Shown here piece by piece: positions 12,257 through 25,767 of a DNA stretch of 36,105 bases. Below the pieces are notes generated by a model, which was given only the letters and a program-made list of their open reading frames with translations, did not search any database and had not been told where the DNA came from. Each line of letters starts with the position of its first letter. The stretch's first letter is position 1. Both the position numbers and the translations under genes were made by a program. The stretch comes from Toensbergia leucococca (lineage: Eukaryota), in contig JALDZS010000014.1 of the NCBI GenBank assembly GCA_022813965.1, positions 186,001 to 222,105 of the forward strand. The letters run 5' to 3'.

Positions 12257-15200
12257 CTAATTGCTGTGTGACCGTAGTAGAATCTATAGCTTGTCAGTAA
12301 AGCTTCGAAGGGCGGCTAATATTTTCAACATACCCGTTCTAGCGGATCTTGTTGATCTGCGCTAATCAAAGCCGGGCTATCTAGATTATTGAGACCGATG
12401 CTTGTGGTTGCGCGCCCTTCAAGCTGTGGTCTCACAAGACTCTGGGTATTCTCAGGCCGAGAACCTGAATTCTTTCTAGGCTCTACCGGCTCATCCTTTG
12501 CAGACAGCCTTGACTCGGTCCCACGTTCTAGGAGTTTTCCGCCGAGTGTCGCACACTTGAGTATCGTCTGCATCATTTGATTTTGTTTCAAAGGCTTCGA
12601 TAGGTACTCGTCCATTTGCGCCTGAATACACTTCTCTCGGTCGCCAAGCATAGCATGGGCCGTAAGAGCAATGATAGGTGATCGAACTAGACCTTCCTCG
12701 CGTTCGTACTCCCGTATTTTCGCCGTCGCTTCAAAGCCCCCCATGATCGGCATTTGCACGTCCATAAGAATAACATCGTACCGCTTTTTCTTGATGGCTT
12801 CCAAAGCCTCGAGACCATTGTTGACCACTGTCACTCCATGGTTGTATTTCTCGAGGATCTTCACAGCAAGGCGTTGGTTGACTTCATTGTCTTCTGCAAG
12901 GAGTATGTCGAATGATTTGGAATGGTCCGAAATTGACGTTGTTTGACGGCCCTCTAGCGCTGGTATCATGCCATTCCCGAGGTCAACTGGAAGGCACGGG
13001 GTTGTCATATAGGATGCAATTCCAAGGTCCAGAGCAGATTTCATACTGACAGATACAATGGGACATAAGAGAACGATAGGAACATATCTGAGTTCGGCCA
13101 CATGGCGAAGTTGCGTTGCTGTATCAACACCGTCAACGAGGATAACATCATATGCTAGGCTGTTTATGGTCGATGACGGGGATTTCGGTAGCTGAGGTCG
13201 AGGTACCTGATGCTCGGTGCTTACGACCATGGGTACTAGATCGAGCTGCTTCAACATGTCTGTGATCTGGGCTGCTTGACCGGTTCGACCTTTGTCGATG
13301 AATAGTACACGGTGGCCTTTGTACGCACTTAGCTGCGTTCCGAGGCCGCTAAGGTCTTGTGGTGCAAGTTTGACAACGCAATTGAAATAGAAGGTGCTTC
13401 CATGCCCATAATTCGACTCCACCCAGACATCCCCGCCCATGAGATTGACAAGCTTCTTGGAAATCGATAAGCCCAAACCGGTGCCGCCAAATTTACGGGT
13501 AGTGGAGCCGTCGGCCTGCTGAAAGGTGTCGAAGATCAGACCAAGCTTGTCCGATTGAATCCCGATACCGGTATCAGCCACCGAGAATTGAAAGGCGTAC
13601 TCATCAGTACTGGTCTTTATATGCGGAGCTCCTCGGATTGTGAGTTTGACTTCACCATGTTCAGTGAATTTGATGGCGTTGCCGACCAGGTTAAGAATGA
13701 CTTGACGGAGGCGGAAAGGATCACCAATGACATAGTCTGGGACCGAGTGGTCAACTTGATACGCAAGATCCAGGAACCTATCGTTTGCCTTCACGGCTAG
13801 TGTCTTGAGAGCACTGAAGACAGTACCTCTCATCGAGAAGGTGATGGCTTCCATGACCATGCGGTTAGCCTCAATTTTCGAGATGTCCAAAATGTCATCG
13901 ATAATTGTTAATAAACTGTTTGCTAGATTGTGCACAATGTTTAACATCTCACGTTGATATTGTGTCAAGTCCGTATCCAGGGTCAGCTGAGTCATGCCAA
14001 TTATACCGTTCATAGGTGTTCGAATTTCATGGCTCATGTTTGCGAGGAACTCGGACTTGGTTCTGTTGGCGAACTCCGCAGTCTCTCTAGCTGCAGTGTT
14101 CCTTTGAATGCTGTCTCGGAGATTCGATATCATTTTGTTGATCTTTCGCTTCAAGTCATCCATCTCACCAAACGCGTTTACGGTGATCAATTTAGTGAAA
14201 TCTCCGTCTGTTGCTGCGTCGGTAATTTCCCCGAAGGCACGCACCTGCGAAGTTAGGTTGTCTGCCATGGTATTGACATCTTCTGTGATCTCTTTCCATC
14301 GCCCGCTGACGTTATCCACGTTGGCCTGACCTCCCATTTTGCCATCAACCCCAACATCACGAGCCACCCTCTTAAGCTCGCGGGCAAAAGTGTCCAGTTG
14401 GTCGACCATTTTATTGATCGTTACCTTGAGAGTGAGGACTTCTCCTTGTGCGTGCACCTCGATCTTCTGGCTTAAGTCTCCCCGTGCAATAGCCTGCGTA
14501 ACATCGGAAATGCCTCGGACCTGCTGGGTCAAATTGAGAGCCATAGTATTGACATTCTTTGTCAGCTCCGCCCATTTCCCTTCAACGTTATCCACGTTGG
14601 CTTGACCTCCAAGTGTGCCGTCCGTGCCTACCTCACGTGCCACTTTACTAACCTCGAAAGCAAAATTGTTGAGTCTATCTACCATCGCATTGATAGTAAT
14701 CTTAAGGTCAAGTATCTCGCCCCTCACTTCAGCAGTGACTTTCCGACTCAAATCTCCCTTCGCGACCGCAGTGGTGACTGAAGCGATCTCGCGCACTTGA
14801 GTCGTAAGATTCATAGCCATAACATTGACGTTTTCGGTCAGGTCTTTCCATGTGCCTTCCACGTCATGAACAGTGGCTTGACCACCAAGCTCCCCGTCCG
14901 TTCCCACCGCTCTCGCTATCTTGGTTACTTCTTGCGCAAATTGCCTTAATTGATCCACCATAGAATTTATAGTCGATTTGAGCTTAAGAATCTCTCCTTT
15001 GCAGTTAGCCTGTACTTTCTGAGTCAAGTCGCCTCTTGCAACTGCTGTTGTCACTGTCGCGATGTCCCTAACCTGGTTGGTAAGATTATTTGCCATTGCA
15101 TTCACATTGACGGTGAGCTCGCTCCACATGCCCTTCACGCCCTCAATTTTTGCTTGGCCGCCTAATTTGCCTTCTGTACCGACGTCACGGGCAACTCGAG

Positions 15201-16333
15201 TGACCTCGGTCGCGAACGTGCGGAGCTGATCCACCATGGTATTTATGGTCTGCTGTAATTGCAGTATTTCTCCTCGTGCCGGTCGCTGTATCTTCATGCC
15301 TAGATTACCTTCGGCAACCGCAGTTGTGACATCCGCTATTTCTCGAACTTGCAGGGTGAGGTTGTTGGCCATTACATTGACTGCGAACCATTAAAACGTA
15401 ATCTTGTAATGTAAAACTAGCCAGATACTTACCGTTCTCCGTTAATTCCTTCCAGATTCCACTGACTCCAGTAATCTGCGCCTGGCCGCCCAGATTTCCT
15501 TCAGTACCCACCTCACGAGCAACTCTAGAGACTTCGCTGCCAAAGACCTGCAATTGATCCATCATTGTGTTGATAGTACGCTTGAACGTCGCAATCTCGG
15601 GGTCCATTTCGACGGCATGGATTTGTACCTTATGGCTTAGATCACCGTTGGCGACGTTTGTGATGATTGTCCCAATCTCCTTCAGAGCTTTTTGGAAAGC
15701 TTCGTTCGCTTGCTGGTGCTTCAAGAGCTCGCGTTGGAGCCCGCTAATGTCTTCGTTCTCCACTCGAACAAACGTTCGTTCCGTCTCTTCCTGTTGCTCG
15801 TGAACCTGCTCGCTAACGCTAGCAATTGTTTCTCTTTGACTCCTGATCTCTTCTGCCTGCTTCTCCACGTGCTCACGAAGATGAGAAAGGTCTTCTTCAC
15901 TAAAAACTCGTCGTCCATCATGGCCATTTTCGCGTGCTGCCAAAAGATTAGAAACACGAGCATATCGCGACGAGCCTGAACCTTGGCGAATTGGCGAAGT
16001 ATGTCCATTAGGAATTGTCCTTGCGATCCCATCGGCACTAAAAGGGGATGAGGAGTTTCCAAGCTCGTTTGGAGTGTCAGGAAGGACCTGGCCGTTGACA
16101 GTACTAGCTTTAGCTTCAAGAAATTGTATTCGAGCTGCTAGAGCCGAAAGTTCAATCTCCAGAGATCGTTTTGAACTGCTGTCTGAGCCAGGGAGCAGCA
16201 CCTTGCCGGGGTTTTGGCCATTCGGAATATTTGACGCAAGTTTGTACTCTGGAGGGTTGCAAGACGGCGAGAGGCTTCTTCCAAGGTCGTGAATAATAGC
16301 TATCGCCGCCGAGAGCGTTTCATCTCCAGGCAT
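12257..16333 (-). CDS. NIK1: Group III hybrid histidine kinase (poly-HAMP, HisKA, HATPase, receiver)
   Basis: Tandem ~92-aa HAMP repeats ([15 protein letters not shown]), H-box [40 protein letters not shown], receiver ILMDVQMP. Exons 16333-15433, 15380-12334, 12283-12257 (ILLRSHSN*). Confidence 0.97.
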
Positions 16334-17463
16334 TGTGAGAGATACTTGAGTTGATTATAGAACCATTGGGGGATTATAAGCTTCCAACGGCGTTTCTCTG
16401 TGCTCCTTGCCGAGGGTCCGAGAAAAAGGAGTAGTCTGTACCACAGTGACAGATAACAATGTAGAATGCCCGACGAATCGGTATCGCAAATGCACAGAGG
16501 CTTCTGAGGTTGCAGCGATGTAAAGTACTTAGAAGGTAATTTAGCTTGACATTGGCTGTCAGACGTGTGAATGGAATGCAGAATTAGGTGGCCTAGACAA
16601 TAAAGAGTACCACGTCGGGTCAGTGAGCAGTAGCAAGTTTTGGCCTATCTACGAAAGGAGAAGCTAGATGTCTTGATAATATTGAGACGACAATGACGCC
16701 CGGTAAGAGAAAGAATAGATGGCGTACGATGTCGAGATTGGTGAGTCTATGAGTCCACAATGGTCGGGCGAACGTGGGGCAAGGGCAAGCTTCAGAATAC
16801 AAGGTTTGCTCTAGCGCGGGAGATTAGTCTTTGTCCCGCGAAAAGGAGATACTAGGTATCTTTCGACCGCAATTAGCTGAACCAGCCCGAATTAACGGCA
16901 TTAGTGATGTCGAAGAAAGGATCAGGTACTAGAAAGTACCTTTGGAATACTCGAGTGTCAGGTAAATCTAGACGTTCAAGATACCATATAGAATATCACA
17001 AATGCTGCTTTTCCATGGCACCCACACTTCTCATGTCGCAGTCAGTCATGAATTCGAGGCCTTGTGCATTCAAGGCGGAAGCGTGCGCCACCAATCGAAT
17101 AAGCAGCAGAGATCCCTACATACGAATGACATAATACGAGGCTACTACGTTGACGATCATGCGGCTGTTCATTGCTATCATGTTTCAGATCCAGACCTTG
17201 ACCCCTTTTTGAAGATAAGACGTGCATACTTTTTATACCTAGAGTTTGACATACTGTGGAAGACTTGGTAGTAACGTAAACTTCCATGTACAATACATCA
17301 CTACAAAGAGTTTTTGTCACACCAAGGCACTGTAGTTAGCCATGCAGTACCTCATGCATAATGTACGTCCTAATAATTAGTGTGACATGTCAAATAACGG
17401 CTGAGAAGTGTAACTGTCGAATTTCACAATAATAAGGTACCTAGTAGATTAGAGATACGTAAT

Positions 17464-19199
17464 CTATTTCCTGACTCTTCTTGCATGCTTCACGAGATTC
17501 TCAATGACGCCCTCGAAGGCTTCTTTGTCTCCTAGCGTATTGTCCTTTCTCTTGAGCCAATACTCAAGTACTTCACTAGCTTTAATGGTCAGTTCTTCTA
17601 GCCTCGTCACATGTGTCTTCAATTCTTCGTCAGTGAGATTCAAGAGTGCCGCATGTGTAGTCGCACAGAGCAATTTTGTAGTTCCTAGATCCAGCTCTGG
17701 AGCTGGTAACGGGCCTTTCCTTCTTCGGCCGGACTTGACAGCCAAAGTTTGATCGAGAGATGCAGAAGAGGTGTTGTCTTGCTTCAATTTCGTACTGAAA
17801 CCATTTTGCCGACTTTCTAATAGTGTAGGGGAATTGCTACGAAATTGCGTAGAAGGCAGGATGAGCTTCTTTTGTTTCGAGGCAGGCAAGATCTCGTCGA
17901 GGTCTACTGGTACGCCAAGAGAGACAAGGAAAAGCCGCCGGATACGTGACCGAAGCCAATTTGGTGGCTGTAGAGGGGGAGGATCGACGAGTTGGGACCA
18001 CAGGGAGAGACTTCGCTCTGTGAGGAATATAGAAGTACTGTCAGGGAATGAGCCTGACGGAGGGGGGTCCTCTTCCTTGGTACTAGGAAACAATTCGTCG
18101 AGGTAAGGATTCGTAGCTTTTATGATGTCGTGTAAATTCTGGAGCTCACTATAGTCAAGCAACGGCTTCGGCACCATGAGTTATTAGCTTTATCCATGGA
18201 GTCTAGTCATAAGATTCTTAGGTATCGAGTCAAAGATGATCAATTCTGCTGTGAGCCTACTTACGAAAGGAGACAATGACGAAAGAACTGCAGGTGACTG
18301 CTGTAAAGCCTCGGGCTCTTCTACCACGACGTCTTGCTCGTCAGGTATTTGAGGCTCTTGGAACCCATCATCGAAATCACCAAAATCGTCATCTACCGCG
18401 CCTGCCTCGAAGTCATCGAAATCCTCTCCAAATCCGTCTACAGCCTCGTCTTGCACGTCATCATGTTCCATGGGACCAAAGCCTCCATCCGCTGCGATAG
18501 GTGAGATGCTCTCTATGTTCGACCTTCTACGTATTGCGTTGGGATTTGGGGATCTACTCAGAGAAGACGTTGGCAAACCTGACCCCGTCAATCGTTCGCT
18601 GGACAGTTTCCAGCCGAGGGCCCCAGCTTACCAGCTACGTCGCCTTTTTCCTCTACTAGGTCAGGTTCTGCATCTCCTTTGCGTATGTGATAAGCCTCGG
18701 TATGGGGTACCTCCCCATGTCTAGGGGTCGAGTCCACCTTCGTTACTACAGTCTTTGGAATCGGTAGGCCGCCGGGTGAGTTCGGAGACTCTGATAAATC
18801 TGCGGGATGAATTTGGGGCCCCGGGACCTGTAGAATCACGTCTGGGACGGCATCCTGAGCTCTCATGTTGTAGGCGTCTGTGCCTGGTATTTCGCCATGA
18901 CTTGGTGACAGCGGGTCAACCTTTTCGATGACAGTTTTAGGTATCGGAGATCCACCAGGAGTTGAAGGGAGATTCTCAACACGAGGATGGGCTCCCTCAT
19001 TTGCGTCAGAGAAGACATCCTCCTCAGTTTCGGAAGTTTCTAGCCTGCATATTAGTGCTCTAGTAGAATAGTGGAAAACTTTCACGTAAGAATGAACGCT
19101 GGACACACCTAGCTCATGTGCACCTGGATCCTCAATCTCTACACTCTTACGAGGAGGCTGCAATGTTGCACTCGAAGGTGAGTTTGGTGTACTGGACAT
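17464..19199 (-). CDS. DUF5102 family protein (Laa2/YBL010C-like, putative AP-1 clathrin adaptor accessory factor)
   Basis: Signature QPPNWLRSRIRRLFLVSLGVPVDLDEILP, C-terminal DKEAFEGVIENLVKHARRVRK, acidic FGEDFDDF/DDFGDF motifs. Exons 19199-19109, 19039-18632, 18578-18265, 18165-17464 (last acceptor is AAG). Confidence 0.8.
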
Positions 19200-19567
19200 G
19201 ACGAGACTCTGATTCGTTGAAACTCAAAAGGACGACGAGATGATGTGGTTAAGTCGCTTTACGGAATAGAATACTCCGTACTCCGTACAGAAACGCTAAA
19301 TAGAATAAGCGCGCAGGCGCGCTACCTACCTCTTGTGATTTTCGCGTCCTTGGTCGCTCCGTAGCATTTCTCAGATCGACTTTAACGGGCTTTGAAAGAG
19401 AGTCACAGAACCGGAATGTAGAGCAAGCACTACAAGGTTGTAAAAACTTGAAGCTCTAGACAGCCTCCCATTTCCATGCAAGCACCCAACAGGTCAAACT
19501 GCCAAGATATTCGTTGTTTTTCTTTGTCAGGTAATTGAATCACGCGATTGATAGCTATCTAGCCAAG
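19200..19567. promoter_or_regulatory. Short bidirectional promoter between the DUF5102 gene and NSP1
   Basis: Divergent ATGs at 19199 and 19568; contains overlapping TACTCCGTA x2 (19272-19287). Confidence 0.6.
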
Positions 19568-21924
19568 ATGTCGGATCCACCGAAGTCGCTCCCTACATTC
19601 TCGTTTGGAAATACAGCAACCAGCGGAGCTTCTGGCGGAGGTGGGCTGTTCGGCCAGGCACCCTCCAAAGGCGCCACTACGTCCAATAGTCTTTTCGGAG
19701 CGAGCAGCAATACTCCCTCAACCTCAGCTTCGAATGCCTTCGGTACAACCAGCTCTGCTCCAGGAAACAGTCAATCATCATTTTTGGGCGGCTCAGGAAC
19801 CGGTCAAACCTCCTCGATCTTTGGAGGTGCCAGTCAGGCCAATAGTAACGCTTTCGGAGGAGGCAGCAAACCCGGTACAAGTGGGTTTAGTTTTGGCCAG
19901 CCCGCAAGCGGTAGCTCTACAAACGCAGGTTTTGGCTCTTCGAATGCGGCAGGGCCGTCCATAAATCAGCAATCTAGTAACAGTACACCTTTCTCGGCCT
20001 TCTCCACCCCCAATAAACCGTCAGATACATCAGCTTCTGGCCAGAGCAAACCATCAAATTTCTTCGGTGGTGCTAGTGACACGGCTGGAGAGAGTCTTTT
20101 CGGCAATGTAGGCACTACCACATCGTCGTCTCAAGCTGGCTCTTCGACACCTGCAACCAGCAAGCCCAGTGGAGGGTTCTCCTTTGGGAATGCATCAACG
20201 ACCCCAGCGGGACCGCCGCCGTCCGATAGTACAGGTACAGCTTCTATGTTCGGCTCCAATAAACCACAAGAGCAAAAGAGTTTGTTCGGAAATCAAGGGA
20301 CGCAATCCTCGGCACAGGATACGCAAGGGGTGAAAGCTACATCAACTATATTTGGGGGTCCCTCGCAACCTTCTTCTACTGGTATATTTGGGTCAAGCAA
20401 AACGATTGATTCGAATGCAACGACATCTACTGCACAACCTTCTTCCAGCCTATTTGGAAACACACCCAAAGCATCAGGGACAGGTCTATTCAGCAATATG
20501 CCAGCTCCACAAAGTGGAAATATCTTCGGTAATCTCAACCAAACACAAGATACTAGTACGAGCACTTTGACAGGAAAACCAGCAAATGCTTTGAGTTCCG
20601 CTCCTAGCCTTTCTCAGGACGACACGACAAAACCTTCTGGATTATTTCCAGGATTGGGTGGTCAGACATCAACATCCACTCCTCCCGCCCAAGTAAATGC
20701 TTCTTCGATATTTGGTGGACTTTCTCAGAGCTCATCTTCTATGTCTGGCCCTAATCCATCTTTAAGCTTTTCATCCATCTCTTCATCACAGCCTGCATCT
20801 TCTCTGACTAGTCCGGCGCCAAATACTACGGCGACGAGTATATTCAGCTCCCTTGGCGCACAACCTACAAGCTCGGGACCATCTGGAGTTTCTACTCTCG
20901 CCCCATCTAATGGTTTGTTTGCAAATGTCGGGAAACCCCAAGACAAGATACCAACTACCAAAACAAACAACACGGGTACAACTGGCTCATCAACGTCATC
21001 AGCACCCGCGCAGTCCCTGAACCTTTTTGGCACTTTGGGCAAATCATCAAGTTCTTCCGCTCCTTCCCAAGCTCCAGTGCAAATTACTACAAGCACCTCT
21101 GACGGTGCTCCAACTACAAACCTCGGCACATCTACTACTGGCCCTGCACCCCCTGCTCAATCGCGACTGAAGAATAAGTCTATGGATGAGATCATCACCA
21201 GATGGGCTTCTGATCTTTTAAAGTACCAAAAGGAATTTCAAAGACAAGCAGAGAAAGTAGCGACGTGGGACCGCATGCTTGTAGAGAATAGCGACAAGAT
21301 TCAGAAGCTCTACGGTAGCACCTTAGAAGCCGAGAGGGCCACCTCAGAGGTTGAAAGGCAATTGACTGCAGTTGAAAATGATCAATCGGAACTTGCTGGC
21401 TGGCTCGACCATTACGAATCAGAAGTAGACGCGATGATGTCAAATCAGATCGGTCAAGGGGAATCTCTGCAAGGGCCGGATCAAGAGCGGGAAAGAACGT
21501 AAGCCGTCCTTCTGATTTGAAATCATCAAATGCTGATATTGCCAAGTTACAAACTTGCTGAAAAGCTGTCTGGTCGGCTTGAAGAAATGGGGAAGGACTT
21601 ATCTGGCATGATTGACGAAATCAACGACGCATCATCCACACTAAGAAAGAACGACAAAGCAGATGATCCAGTGAGCTTCTTTTGATACCAGCTCTATTAG
21701 TACAGGACTGACATTAATTTTTGAATCAGTTATCTCAGATCGTTCGAGTTCTCAACGGGCACTTGAGTCAACTTCAGCAGATTGACCAAGGTGCAGCTAC
21801 GTTGCAAGCAAAGGTTACAGCGGCACAGAAAGCTAGCAAAGGAATGGGCTCAGCGCATGGCTTCAATGGACTTGGCAGTGATGCTGCAGATGACTTCTAT
21901 CGATCCTACATGGGAAGAAGGTAG
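19568..21924 (+). CDS. NSP1: FG-nucleoporin Nsp1 (Nup62 ortholog)
   Basis: S/T/G-rich N-terminus with FSFG/xLFG/xIFG repeats, then Nsp1_C coiled coil (RLKNKSMDEIITRWASDL...PDQERERTYKLAEKL...LSQIVRVLNGHL). Exons 19568-21498, 21547-21670, 21730-21924. Confidence 0.95.
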
Positions 21925-22269
21925 ATTATAAATCAATTGAACGAAGGTTTCGATTTGGCGAATTAGGCAGCGGCTTTCATCACTGGAAGCGTTGGCCGCG
22001 TCAGTGATGCACGTGTCTGTCTCATTTCCCGTTTTCAAACTTCTCCCAACCTGCATGCAAAGTTACAGCATTCGACCATATGTCTTATGATAATCATTGC
22101 TTCGAAAAGAAGACAAACCCTTGTCAAACGAAAACCAATGACGAGAGTCGTTTTTCAAATATAGAAAAGGCTACTGCGCATTCTATTGACACTGATTGAG
22201 TAGGGCAATGACACAGAGATACTCCGACCTCCTTGAGCCAATCAATATGTGTACTCCTATTCAATTCAC

Positions 22270-22788
22270 TCACTTTTTCCCTGACTTGCCCAGCTGTGCG
22301 TCACTGAAATAATGGTATTAGAGTAATATCACCTGTCAAGTTAAGAGCCTAGACGTACACGTTCTTGTCCAGTTCCTCAAGATGCTTCTTCTGGTCCTCA
22401 ATGTTCTTTTTCAATGTTCTGAGCCTGCGTACATGCCAGTACCATCAGCAGATGTCTCACGATGCTAATAGGCCTGTACATGACACAAGTAAACATGGTG
22501 TGAGCTTACTTTTGCATTTCCTGCTCCCGGACATACATATCCTCACCAGCTTTCTCACGTTTGCTGAATGCATCGCTGTAGTATATCAGTACGTGCATAG
22601 TCATGCTTTTCTGATAGTGCATTGGCATAATCGGTAGCTTCTTACCCCTGCGCTGCTCCACCAGATCTAATCCCTCCAGTAGCACCTTCGTCGCCGGCCA
22701 TTCGAACTGCAGTCGAGGATAGGGAACGAGTAGCGATAGTATTGCGGAAGATAGACTTAGTGCCTTGGCTGAGGGTCTGACGAAGCAT
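22270..22788 (-). CDS. INH1: Mitochondrial F1Fo-ATPase inhibitor IF1 (Inh1/Stf1 family), 102 aa
   Basis: Exons 22788-22646, 22575-22510, 22424-22359, 22303-22270 splice to MLRQTLSQGTKSIFRNTIATRSLSSTAVRMAGDEGATGGIRSGGAAQGDAFSKREKAGEDMYVREQEMQKLRTLKKNIEDQKKHLEELDKNVDAQLGKSGKK. This has a mitochondrial presequence and the IATP motif DAFxKRExAxEDxY. Confidence 0.93.
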
Positions 22789-23333
22789 TTTGTGACTGTG
22801 TTGTGATGTTGTGGTGGACTAGTAGAGTGAGCGGAACGGATGGAGAAGTGGGCAAGTACCTTACCTAGTGATGTTTGGTAGCTTGAAGCTCGGTGGAACG
22901 GAGAATGGTAGCTCCGGGATGCCAGGACAAGTTGTCGGATTCCCAGTCTCACAGTCTACGCAGGTATGAGAGAGGGCTACAAATCAGTGGATAGATAGAT
23001 TCGAGAAGGATGAACAGCTTGTTTTGATTTGTCCTTGGCTAGTCTTACGCCCGGAACACGCATCAAGTCATCGATAAATTGAACATTCTGCCTGGATCTC
23101 TACATAGTAAGGCTGAGGTCTTATGACGTCCTAAAGCGGCTAGAACTAGTATAGCCTCAGCGCACTTCATCAACAACGACCGCAAATCCCGTCTCCATCA
23201 ACGCCTACCACCTTACTCAATACATAGACGCCCGCTCCCTACTAACCTCAACCTCATAACATTCAGTCGAAACTGCTCCTGACTGGAAGCTTCACACTAT
23301 TGTGCACATCATCACAACTGTGTTCGTTCCTAG

Positions 23334-23632
23334 GTAATGCATATTTACGTTTCGTCATTCCTTTTCTTACCTGCATTGCCCCATCTACTTCCACCCTTGC
23401 AATACAATATGATGAACACTCAAACTTCTAGCGCTGACGAACCCATTCCCTATGCCTGGGCATGTTCTGAGATAAAATAGCCTCCATGACCACCTCTTAG
23501 GGATGTCATGGGAGTCACAATACCCTCAATGAAATGTCGCCTTTCATACTCTTGAAAGATATACCCCACTGCGGACTTGCTTTCATAATACCGTTTCACA
23601 AGCGTTTCGGATCTGCTAACGTCGCTATCTAG
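23334..23632 (+). other. Predicted 299-nt 5'UTR intron of the 14-3-3 gene
   Basis: AG|GTAATG donor at 23334, branch GCTAAC at 23615-23620, TAG acceptor ending at 23632, 15 nt before the ATG. Confidence 0.55.
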
Positions 23633-23647
23633 ATTACAATAGACAAC

Positions 23648-24770
<1,123 letters not shown>

Positions 24771-25496
24771 TGACGATTAACCCTCAGCAAAAGGCTATCC
24801 AAGTCCACCGTATCTAATCCTCTTCTCTCCGGTCCTGTTGCGTGTGCAGTCTTGCTCGGCTTTTCTTCTTTTTTTGGCAGCATGATCTACGAAAGGCGAA
24901 GGGGCCCGGGGCGGATCATCCGGTGGCTGTGTCTTCAGTAGTCGATACAAAGCGTTGCGGTCTGCTGCGCTTGCTTTAGCCCCTGTCTACTATGTCACGG
25001 GCTTACAAGGGATAACATTACTTTTTCCTCTGGATCTTGAGTGTGACCTTGTGCTGGGTGTCTTTGACTGCTTTGGTCTATTACGTTCCCTACCCTTCGC
25101 CTGATTCGACCACTTTCCACTAAAGGACGAACATAGCAACGCAAAAAGCTCATCACTACTTCGGAACTCGAGGTTTTCCCCACAATCCTCTCCACAGCCA
25201 TCTCCCCTCCCTGGCATGCTCTTTTTCCCTCCTGTTCCTCGTCTTTTTATTGCTCTTCACCCACTCTACATCATCCATCTAAAAGAAACTAGTCAAGAAA
25301 GCAAAAAGGCACATTTAAGATATCCCTCGTGTTCTTCCTCGTCTTTCTATCGTAAGCTTTCCCCTTGCTCACGTGTTTTTTTAGCTTGGGACTTTTTATT
25401 GGAGGAAAAGATGTTGATGGTGGTGATGTCGTTGAAGTGGGAACGTCTCGCATGGTGATACTTTAGGGGAATGAAACCATAGTTCGTCGCTCGTCG

Positions 25497-25691
25497 CTCG
25501 TCTATCTACATCTTCTCCTAACGGCAGACTTCCTACCGGCAGACTTCCTCGTCTATCTACATATTTTCCTAACACAAGACTTCCTCGTCTATTTACATCT
25601 TTTCCTAACACCACACTTCCTTCTCTATCTACGTCTTTTCCTGAAATCAGACTTCCTCATCTATCTCCACCTTTTCCTAAAGTCAGACTTC
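25497..25691 (+). repeat. 36-bp minisatellite, five copies plus one 15-bp partial copy
   Basis: Unit approximately CTCGTCTATCTACATCTTTTCCTAACNNCAGACTTC; 5x36+15 = 195 bp. Confidence 0.9.
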
Positions 25692-25767
25692 ATCGGCACA
25701 CCTTTCAAAGATCTACCTCGTCAAGTTCCGTCGGTGGAGAAGATCAGTCTACTCCTGTCAGCTCACC

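Noticed and set aside
7046..16292. Many antisense and alternate-frame ORFs over ULS1 and NIK1
   Set aside because: Shadow ORFs of long coding sequences and HAMP repeats, with no independent features.
22506..22952. 148-aa minus-strand ORF in the track
   Set aside because: Artefact of reading through the 5'UTR, the wrong frame of INH1 exon 1 and intron 1; only its last ~21 residues are true INH1.
25497..25691. 36-bp repeats of CRISPR-like length
   Set aside because: Units are head-to-tail with no unique spacers, there are no cas genes, and the genome is eukaryotic.
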